NCBI GenBank assembly: GCA_938015355.1 | Contig: CALLPS010000180.1 | Location: forward strand, 1-50,844 | Direction of reading: 5' to 3' | Length of the DNA: 50,844 nt | From: an uncultured Pleurocapsa sp. | GTDB lineage: Bacteria; Cyanobacteriota; Cyanobacteriia; Cyanobacteriales; Xenococcaceae | Shown here: one piece after another, positions 1-7,455 of the stretch | Position numbering within the stretch: position 1 is the first letter of the stretch | Layout of the letters: each line of letters begins with the position of its first letter | Notes under the pieces: model-generated | What the model saw: the letters and a program-made list of their open reading frames with translations, nothing else | Databases searched by the model: none | Told to the model about the DNA's origin: nothing | Translations under genes and position numbers: made by a program

Positions 1-239
1 CAGGTGAAATCTTGCCTCCCCCCTCTGGGGTTACTAAACTTCAGTGCGCTAAAGAACATTTAACTGGCTTGTGGGAATATAAAGGACAACGAGGCATCTA
101 TCAATCCCGTAAACATCTTGCCTGGTATTGCAAAGGGTTTCCTGGGGCAGCGGAATTACGAGACCAAGTATCTCAAATTGAAAGTTTAGAGCAAGGATAC
201 GAAATTTTGGATAAGGCGATCGCTCTATTCAGTAGTTAA
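1..239 (+). CDS. dusB: tRNA-dihydrouridine synthase, C-terminal fragment (5' end outside window)
   Basis: Frame is open from the window edge; 'RKHLAWYCKGFPGAAELR' is the typical DusB C-terminal motif. Confidence 0.85.
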   Translation, partial: GEILPPPSGVTKLQCAKEHLTGLWEYKGQRGIYQSRKHLAWYCKGFPGAAELRDQVSQIESLEQGYEILDKAIALFSS

Positions 240-250
240 TTACTTTTTAG

Positions 251-445
251 TTACGAAGAACTAGTTTCTAAACTAGTTTCTAATTGTCTAAACTCCTCTT
301 GCAAGATGCTGACAAGTTGACTGTTTTTTGTTGCTTTAGCTACTTCCAAGCGATATTGTAATTTGCAACGAACATTTTCTAAATGTTTTTGTTTTGAAAC
401 ACGATCATTCAACTGATATTTTAAAATATTTACAGCTAAATTCAT
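251..445 (-). CDS. PirA/Ssr0692-like small protein (64 aa); start reassigned to ATG at 445
   Basis: 'HLENVRCKLQYRLEVAKATKNSQLVSILQEEFRQL' resembles the PirA pattern H-x-x-x-L-x-x-x-L-Q-x-R-L-E-x-A-R/K...L-L-x-x-L-E-x-E; GAGGA lies just upstream of ATG 445. Confidence 0.6.
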   Translation of the reverse strand: MNLAVNILKYQLNDRVSKQKHLENVRCKLQYRLEVAKATKNSQLVSILQEEFRQLETSLETSSS

Positions 446-460
446 TTCCTCTGCTTTATG

Positions 461-644
461 TTCAGCTAAATTTGTCGAACAACTTGTTCGCAGTTGAATT
501 GCTTGATTCAGATGACCTGACTGACGGTAATTTTTACTTTCTAAGCAAGATATATGACGCGGTAACTTTTGCTCCCGCTTTCGAGAAGGTATTTCTAAAT
601 CGATTGTTTCCGAGTACCTCTTACTTGGTTGGCGATCTGGATCA
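461..644. ncRNA. Candidate structured RNA or 5' leader
   Basis: Nested inverted repeats: 504-513 with 635-644, 541-550 with 619-628, inner GCGG/CCGC and AGGTATTT/GAGTACCT stems, and a separate hairpin at 461-498. Confidence 0.35.
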
Positions 645-773
645 GAGGATAAATTAAACATGATTGAAATATTGCTGTGGCAAAGAATGGTTAAGAGCCA
701 AAATACTAATATCTAAAAAGCTAGAGACACTCTATTCTAAGTAAAACAGTTTAAATGACTCTAGCTAAATTAA

Positions 774-959
774 CTAATCTTTGACGTAGTGAATGCCACG
801 GTAAGTTAATTCAGATTTTGCGTGGTTGCAACGATGTTGTTCCTTAAGATGGTGAACTTTCCAAGGTTTCCCACGATACTTTCCGCCTACATCACCTTCG
901 TCTACATTCCATTCAGTATGGGGAGCTTCATAAGATTTCCCTCTAAATTGTAGTTTCAT
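774..959 (-). CDS. DUF4278 family small protein (related to the IF17 N-terminal region)
   Basis: Repeated L-x-F/Y-R-G motifs: MKLQFRGKSY...GKYRG...LTYRGIHY; GAGGA upstream. Confidence 0.8.
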   Translation of the reverse strand: MKLQFRGKSYEAPHTEWNVDEGDVGGKYRGKPWKVHHLKEQHRCNHAKSELTYRGIHYVKD

Positions 960-1117
960 TGTTGTTCCTCTCAGCTAAAATAATTATTCCTTATATATGT
1001 TTCAGCAGTCAAAACTATGCTGCTATGCTACTAATGTTGGCAATACAATAAATGTTGTCAGATGTTTCATGACTACATATGCTGCTCTTTAATAGATAAA
1101 ATGATATATCTTTTTTC

Positions 1118-1133
1118 TGTAGCTGTTGTTACA
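1118..1133. promoter_or_regulatory. NtcA binding site TGTA-N8-TACA
   Basis: TGTAGCTGTTGTTACA matches the consensus; a minus-strand TATCAT -10-like hexamer follows 12 nt after the TAC, towards the DUF4278 gene. Confidence 0.65.
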
Positions 1134-1166
1134 TTTTAATCAAAAGAAACCATTTTTAATTTAACT

Positions 1167-1757
1167 TTACATAATTCCTTGATCTACTTGAGCATATAAA
1201 TGAGGTAAATCTTGATTGTTATGCAAGACAAGATCTGCGAGGGAAGCTTTTTCCGCCAAAGGAAGTTGATTGTCGATTCTAGCTTGAGCTTGGGGAAGGG
1301 TTAAGCCATTGCGCTGTTGTAAACGACTGAGCTGCAAAGAGCGATCGCAAATAACCACCCATATTTCCGTCACCATGTCAGTTAACTTAGCTTCAAAGAG
1401 GAGTGGGATAGCCAATACTACTGTATCATCGTTAGTTTGCTGAAGTTCTTGAGCAAAGCGATCGCGGACAAAAGGATGGATTTGTTCTTCCAGCCATTGC
1501 TTTTCAGAGAGATTGTTAAAGATAATTTCCCCTAAGGCAGAGCGATTAAGACGGGCATCAGGTAATTTAACCTTTGCTCCATAGCGCTCAAAAATATCTT
1601 GCAAAATCGGTGAATCTGGGGTTACGGCTTTCCTAGCATATATATCTGCATCCAATACAGGCAGATGATACTTGGCGGCTAGATAATTAGATACGGTAGT
1701 TTTTCCAGTAGCAATTCCTCCCGTTAGTCCGATTAGTCGCTGAGGCAGATTACTCAT
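1167..1757 (-). CDS. coaE: Dephospho-CoA kinase
   Basis: IGLTGGIATGKTTV P-loop, DAD motif, IPLLFE. Confidence 0.95.
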   Translation of the reverse strand: MSNLPQRLIGLTGGIATGKTTVSNYLAAKYHLPVLDADIYARKAVTPDSPILQDIFERYGAKVKLPDARLNRSALGEIIFNNLSEKQWLEEQIHPFVRDRFAQELQQTNDDTVVLAIPLLFEAKLTDMVTEIWVVICDRSLQLSRLQQRNGLTLPQAQARIDNQLPLAEKASLADLVLHNNQDLPHLYAQVDQGIM

Positions 1758-1993
1758 ATTAAGTAAAGAGACAAATTCAAGAAAATATTTTGCTCAGGAA
1801 TCAAGAAATAAAGAATAGAGAATTATCTATAATTCCTAAATTTAAAGCAAAGCAAAACCCAAAAATAAACTATTTCAAATTCTTCTTAAATAAGATAAAC
1901 ATTGTTTAAGAAAAATCTAATTTTGCATAAAACACCAGTAGTAATTACTAGTTAGTAATAGTAAGACTTAAATAAAAAATACTTTAAAAAACT

Positions 1994-3676
1994 ATGGCAG
2001 ATGAATATAAAAATCATTATGACGCTGTAATTATTGGCTCTGGTTTTGGTGGTTCGGTAATGGCGTATCGACTGGCAGAAGCAGGACTACATGTTTGTGT
2101 GCTGGAGAGAGGAAAAGAATATGCCCCTGGTGATTTTCCTCGTAGTCCCAACAAAATGAAGAAAAACTTCTGGGATCCAGATAATAAATTATATGGCATG
2201 TTTGATATCTGGTCATTCCGAGATATAGGCGCAGTAGTATCCAGTGGGTTGGGGGGTGGCTCCCTAATTTATGCCAATGTGCTGATTCGTAAAGATGAAA
2301 AATGGTTTGTGAAAGAAGAAGGAGGTGAATATTGGCCTGTCAATCGTCAGCAACTCGATCCACATTATGACCGTGTGGAGAAAATGTTAAATGCTCAAAA
2401 ATATCCCTTTGACCATCCCCCATATAACAGCACCTCAAAAACCCAGGCATTACAAGATGCAGCTCAAGAATTAGAGCTTGATTGGTATTTACCGAACTTA
2501 GCTGTCACCTTCGCCAACGATGGAAAAAAGCCAATTCCAGGAGAACATATCCAGGAAAAACAACGTAATTTGCATGATCGCGATCGCTATACTTGCCGTC
2601 TTTGTGGAGAATGCGACATCGGTTGTAATTACGGTAGCAAAAATACTCTCGATTACAATTATCTGACGGCGGCAAAGGCACAGGGTGCCGAACTAAAAAC
2701 CTTATCAAAAGTAAAATATTTTGAACCGAATGATGGTGGCGGCTATAAAATACACTATATTCATTTCGATCCAGAAGGTGCAACAAGCGAACATATAGTT
2801 ACTGCTAACCAACTGATTCTCGCTGCGGGATCTCTGGGTTCCACATACCTACTATTAAAAAGTCAAGCCAAAGGTTTCTTTCCCAATCTGAGTCAACAAA
2901 TCGGGACTCACTTTTCGGGGAATGGCGATCTAATTAACTTTGCGATCGAAGCCAACCGAGAGATTGAAGGTAGTTATGGCCCTGTAATTACCAGTACGAT
3001 CCGCATGCCAGATGAATTAGATGGTGGGGAGGGTCGAGGTTTCTATCTCCAAGATGCTGGTTATCCAGGCTTTATCAACTGGACAGTAGACATAGCCCAA
3101 GCGCCAGGAAACATCAAGGGACAACTACTGTTTATTCTGCGTTGGCTGTGTGCATCAATTAAAAAAACTGGGCTAGTAGATAGCAATTTTAGCGAAGAGA
3201 TTTCCCAGTTAGTTTTTGGCACCAAAGAGTTTAACTTTTCCACAACTATGTTGCCCCTCTTAGGCATGGGGCGAGATATACCCGATGGCATCATGAAATT
3301 ACGCCAAGACAAAAAAAGCAATTATCGCCTTGATGTCAGCCAAAACATCAAAAATGATCTTCCCTTCTTCCAACGTCTGAGAAATACGATGAAAGCTGTT
3401 GCCAGCAAATTAGGAGCAAAGTATCTAGATAATCCCCTCTGGTTTTTGAGACGAACCATTGCCGCCCATCCCTTGGGAGGCTGTCCCATGGGACGAAATA
3501 AAGAGGAAGGAGTCGTCGATTCCTATGGAGAAGTGTTTGATTATCCTGGTTTCTTTATCGCTGATGGTTCAGTCATGCCAGGCTCAGTCGGGCCTAATCC
3601 TAGTTTAACGATTGCGGCATTGAGCGATCGCTTTGCGGAGAGGGTGATCGAAAACCATCAGAAACAAGCAAATTGA
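1994..3676 (+). CDS. GMC family oxidoreductase (cholesterol oxidase-like)
   Basis: IIGSGFGG FAD motif, GLGGGSLIYANV, CxxCGECDIGC, HPLGGC, GPNPSLTIAALSDR. Confidence 0.9.
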   Translation: MADEYKNHYDAVIIGSGFGGSVMAYRLAEAGLHVCVLERGKEYAPGDFPRSPNKMKKNFWDPDNKLYGMFDIWSFRDIGAVVSSGLGGGSLIYANVLIRKDEKWFVKEEGGEYWPVNRQQLDPHYDRVEKMLNAQKYPFDHPPYNSTSKTQALQDAAQELELDWYLPNLAVTFANDGKKPIPGEHIQEKQRNLHDRDRYTCRLCGECDIGCNYGSKNTLDYNYLTAAKAQGAELKTLSKVKYFEPNDGGGYKIHYIHFDPEGATSEHIVTANQLILAAGSLGSTYLLLKSQAKGFFPNLSQQIGTHFSGNGDLINFAIEANREIEGSYGPVITSTIRMPDELDGGEGRGFYLQDAGYPGFINWTVDIAQAPGNIKGQLLFILRWLCASIKKTGLVDSNFSEEISQLVFGTKEFNFSTTMLPLLGMGRDIPDGIMKLRQDKKSNYRLDVSQNIKNDLPFFQRLRNTMKAVASKLGAKYLDNPLWFLRRTIAAHPLGGCPMGRNKEEGVVDSYGEVFDYPGFFIADGSVMPGSVGPNPSLTIAALSDRFAERVIENHQKQAN

Positions 3677-3753
3677 AAAGGATTAAAAATTAGATTTACC
3701 AAGATAAAAGTCAAAGAAAATAAAAAAATCAAGCTCAAAAAAGGATTAAAAAC

Positions 3754-5442
3754 ATGACCCAAAATATTTCTCCAGTCGGTATTCAATTTACTGAGACTAT
3801 GCGTGGTTACTTCTCTAGCAAAGTCAAAGACGACTATGAGTCTGCTGCTGGGCAGGGAGAGAAGGACAATTCTAAATTTGAATTTACACTTACTGTAACT
3901 GCCGATAACTTAGATAATTTTCTCAGTGAAGAAAACCATCAAGCAAGATTAGTTGGTAGTGTCACTGCCCCAGCAATTTCAGCCCAGCCACTCCAGGTTA
4001 ATGATGGCGAATTTAATTTGTTTGTTGTCGATGCTAGCCGAGTGGAAACAAGAAAAATGCGTTATCGCATGCAAATGGTGGCTGAGGATGGCAAAGTTTA
4101 TTATCTAGATGGCTTTAAACTGATTCATAATGACCCAGGATTTGATCTCTGGTCTGACACTACCACCTTATACATCGATGTTTATGATGGTGAGAATGAT
4201 AGTAGTCCGCTACTGGGTAAGGGTATTTTAAATATCCTAGCAGAAGACTTTATGCATCAGATGACTACTATCGAAGCTACTAATGCTGAAACAATTGAGC
4301 AAAATCTAGAAGCAGTTGCTCGTTTTGGTTATTTCTTCGCGGGAGTATTATTTGAAATTTACGGTGGGATTTTCGCGAAAGCAAATGTGTTTAACCCAGA
4401 TGCTCCTCCGCGCCAGAAAAGACCTTTAAGATTAAATGCGCCACAAGTACATTTCTTTAATACTAGTGATGGAGTTCAATTACGTCTGACCCGCTATCAA
4501 GGGGGAGCCAAAGGACCTGTCATTCTTGCTCCTGGTTTTGGCACATCCACCTTAGCATTTTCTATCGATACTGTCGAAACCAACTTTCCTGAATATCTAT
4601 ATGCCAACGGCTATGATATCTGGCTGTTTGATTATCGAGCCAGCGCCGATCTTCCTTCAGCTACTACTCAGTTTTCCACTGATGACATTGCGACCAAGGA
4701 TTGGCCCGCAGCAGTGGCTAAAGTACTTGAACTGACTGCTGCTGAGACTGTACAGGTGGTTGGACATTGTATTGGCTCGATGAGTTTTATGATGGCTATG
4801 CTAGCTGGATTGCAAGGTGTCCGTTCTGCTGTTTGTTCCCAACTTACTACCCACCCGATTGGTTCAGCATTGAACGAGATCAAGGCTGGTTTACGTCTGG
4901 CATCTTTTTTGACGGTACTGGGAGTAGAAACTCTCGACCCAGATTTCGATACCAAGTCCGACTGGCAGGATTATCTTTATGATGCAGTGCTCAGACTGTA
5001 TCCTACCAAAGAACGTTCTAGTAGTCCTGTAGATCGACGCATTCTGTTTATGTATGGAGAAGTGTATAAACTCGATCAACTTAATGAAGCTACCCACAAT
5101 GCCATACATGAAATGTTTGGTCCTGCTAATTTAACTTTCTTCAAACATATATCACTTATCCTGCGCCAGGATCATATAGTTGACCAATATGGCAAAGATG
5201 TATATCTGCCCCATCTGGAACGTCTCGCAATCCCCATCTCTTTCATTCACGGAGCGGACAATACGTTTTTCTTACCTAAAGGTTCAGAAATTACCTACAA
5301 CTTATTATCGGAGAAAAATGGCAAAGATTTATACACACGCCATTTAATACCTGGTTATGCTCACATGGACTGTTTCATGGGCAAAAATTCGTCTCGTGAT
5401 GTTTTTCCCTTGGTACTAGAGGAACTGGAGAAAGGAAATTAG
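3754..5442 (+). CDS. GMC-oxidase-associated protein: N-terminal beta domain plus alpha/beta hydrolase
   Basis: N-terminal FTETMRGY region; hydrolase motifs YDIWLFDYR, GHCIG elbow, IHGADN, YAHMDC. Confidence 0.8.
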   Translation: MTQNISPVGIQFTETMRGYFSSKVKDDYESAAGQGEKDNSKFEFTLTVTADNLDNFLSEENHQARLVGSVTAPAISAQPLQVNDGEFNLFVVDASRVETRKMRYRMQMVAEDGKVYYLDGFKLIHNDPGFDLWSDTTTLYIDVYDGENDSSPLLGKGILNILAEDFMHQMTTIEATNAETIEQNLEAVARFGYFFAGVLFEIYGGIFAKANVFNPDAPPRQKRPLRLNAPQVHFFNTSDGVQLRLTRYQGGAKGPVILAPGFGTSTLAFSIDTVETNFPEYLYANGYDIWLFDYRASADLPSATTQFSTDDIATKDWPAAVAKVLELTAAETVQVVGHCIGSMSFMMAMLAGLQGVRSAVCSQLTTHPIGSALNEIKAGLRLASFLTVLGVETLDPDFDTKSDWQDYLYDAVLRLYPTKERSSSPVDRRILFMYGEVYKLDQLNEATHNAIHEMFGPANLTFFKHISLILRQDHIVDQYGKDVYLPHLERLAIPISFIHGADNTFFLPKGSEITYNLLSEKNGKDLYTRHLIPGYAHMDCFMGKNSSRDVFPLVLEELEKGN

Positions 5443-5547
5443 TTACGTCTAACGAGTGGTGTTGACTTCGTGCAAATTTCCGCAAAAAATATCAACCCAA
5501 GGTTTGAGTTATGCCCACCAGGAAGCTAATCCCTGCGGAATCGTCTG

Positions 5548-5699
5548 ATACTAAATCCGATTGATAAAAGTAACGATTGATTTTTACTGGCTAGATATGG
5601 TGTAACCAAGCACCTTTCAGATTTCAGACTTCAGACTTCAGATTTCAGACTTCAGACTTATAAAACAAATAAGTAACCTCTACGAATAGGATTTAGTAT
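5548..5699. mobile_element. MITE-like element, 152 bp, with perfect 11-bp terminal inverted repeats
   Basis: ATACTAAATCC (5548-5558) and GGATTTAGTAT (5689-5699) enclose a heptamer array. Confidence 0.6.
5615..5659. repeat. STRR-like heptamer tandem repeat (YTTCAGA)x6
   Basis: TTTCAGA/CTTCAGA units read directly. Confidence 0.95.
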
Positions 5700-5831
5700 G
5701 AGAAAGACTTTCTCCAAGTGATTACTCTCCAGGGCGAAGCATTTCAACTATAGAAAAACATGGGTTTAATAGTTGAAAATCAAGTATTTACGTAACGACT
5801 TATTCCAATAAATAGAGAAGAGATCAATTTT

Positions 5832-7283
5832 ATGAAATCCCCTATCGACAAATCAGCATCTTCCCGCAATCCTGGATTGGAAGCTATGCTCAAATATCCA
5901 TTGGTGCAGGCGATCTGCGAACGGCGTACTCGGCGTGTTGCCCAAGGATGCTCAGTCCTAGCAGGACCACTTTCTCATCACAGCACGAAAAATCCAGAAC
6001 CACTCAGTTTGCTTGAGGAAGCAATTCTCATTTGCTCTACTGGTCTGACTGGTGTCGTGATGCTTGATGGACCGTTAAAGAAACCATCTGGTGCTCCTGA
6101 AGACCTGGGATCAATGTTCTCGAACATCTTGGCCCGATCAGGTCCTAGCGCCGACAACAGCCAAGCGACTTCTCTGTTCATGATCAACGACGAGGGCATT
6201 TGGCTCCTCAAGCGCTTACGCGGCGTGGAGGCTATGGAACTACTTGACTCGCTACCACGATCTTGGAGTGACTGGGTCGAGGAAGACTGGTTGCGTGCTG
6301 CTGCTGCGGTGAAAGTAAAGATTCATGACAGCCGTATGGAATTCCCGCGGGAGTTTCCATACTACATTGGATGGAATAAGCAGTTGTCCAACGTGCCAGG
6401 CTCAACGATCTTCCTTCCCGTGGTTGACTGCACACGTCAGTACATCAATATTTTGCTGATCATATTATCCGAGCCAGAGGGGCAACGACCACTCGTAGTT
6501 GATGACTGGCAGCGATTTCGTCCGCGCAGTTGGAATGACTGGAAAGCTTGGATTGCACAACATCTCGGCCTTGGACCGAAGATTCCCTATCAGCCGATTG
6601 GAGGGATTGACCGCGCAACGGACGGTTTCGTTAATCAAGATATCGTGGTTCCGCTGGGAGCAGGATACGCGCTAAGAACCGACTATGAAATCTACTTCCT
6701 GTTACAGAATATTATGTTGATCGGTCAGGCCATGGGTCTAGGTCCCTGGGGTCACGGTTCGATCTGGCCTCAGTTCGTGCTGCAACGTGAACCGAAAAAA
6801 GGGTGGTATGGACTTGGGTTCCGACATACTTTACCCCGTCCTGACGCACCTTGGGCACCCATCCCTGCCTCACAACATAATCCAGTAGGGATCGACGGAG
6901 TTCTCGAAGGGCTGTGCCCGCCTTATGTGTCGTCAATGGACGAGGCGGTGGATCGCGTGATCGAAGAGAAATATGGTCCAAATGGCATCTTCACCGACCC
7001 AACGCAGATCTCCCGTGCTTACCAGAATGCCAAAGACGCTGAGACATTCCTGAAGCTAGAGAATCGACATCCGCCAGAAGCAATTTGTTATGCCAAGGAT
7101 ATTTGCAACTACATCTACGAGACCTATGGTCGATTCCCCGCACATATAGATGCATTTTATACGCCAGGTTTCTGGGTGCAGTTTCATCATCTCGAGATGG
7201 AATATTATGAGAGGTTCTTCGATCCTTATCTGTGGCGGAATCAGGCAGCCCATGACCAGCATTGGCATCAGGGGGACGGGTGA
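5832..7283 (+). CDS. Uncharacterised protein with nitroreductase-like N-terminus; probably horizontally acquired
   Basis: 483-aa ORF; 'AICERRTRR' resembles the R-R-S/T-x-R FMN-binding start; visibly more GC-rich than neighbours and no HIP1 seen. Confidence 0.6.
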   Translation: MKSPIDKSASSRNPGLEAMLKYPLVQAICERRTRRVAQGCSVLAGPLSHHSTKNPEPLSLLEEAILICSTGLTGVVMLDGPLKKPSGAPEDLGSMFSNILARSGPSADNSQATSLFMINDEGIWLLKRLRGVEAMELLDSLPRSWSDWVEEDWLRAAAAVKVKIHDSRMEFPREFPYYIGWNKQLSNVPGSTIFLPVVDCTRQYINILLIILSEPEGQRPLVVDDWQRFRPRSWNDWKAWIAQHLGLGPKIPYQPIGGIDRATDGFVNQDIVVPLGAGYALRTDYEIYFLLQNIMLIGQAMGLGPWGHGSIWPQFVLQREPKKGWYGLGFRHTLPRPDAPWAPIPASQHNPVGIDGVLEGLCPPYVSSMDEAVDRVIEEKYGPNGIFTDPTQISRAYQNAKDAETFLKLENRHPPEAICYAKDICNYIYETYGRFPAHIDAFYTPGFWVQFHHLEMEYYERFFDPYLWRNQAAHDQHWHQGDG

Positions 7284-7296
7284 ACGAAAAAATGTG

Positions 7297-7334
7297 TGGG
7301 GACTTGGGGACTTGGGGACTTGGGGACTTGGGGA
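7297..7334. repeat. Octamer tandem repeat (TGGGGACT)x4 plus partial copy
   Basis: Read directly, immediately after the stop of the GC-rich gene. Confidence 0.95.
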
Positions 7335-7455
7335 ATAATGATCTCTCTATATCCCTAGAACAATGTCTTAAAAGCTAAAAGCTAAAAACTTAGTGCCTCA
7401 ACTTGTCACAAATAAGTAGAATTTCTGCAACCATTAACCCATCATCAATAAAGCT

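Noticed and set aside
394-657. 87-aa plus-strand ORF and the 72-aa N-terminal extension of the minus-strand ORF
   Set aside because: No recognisable motifs; overlap the PirA-like gene and the structured intergenic region.
960-1117. glnA-type glutamine riboswitch expected upstream of a DUF4278 gene
   Set aside because: The CGTTCA...CGGAAGTA...GAAGGAACG pattern is not visible on either strand.
2017-7338. Short antisense or alternate-frame ORFs inside the oxidase, hydrolase and GC-rich genes
   Set aside because: Shadow ORFs of well-supported genes; 7150-7338 ends in translated repeat.
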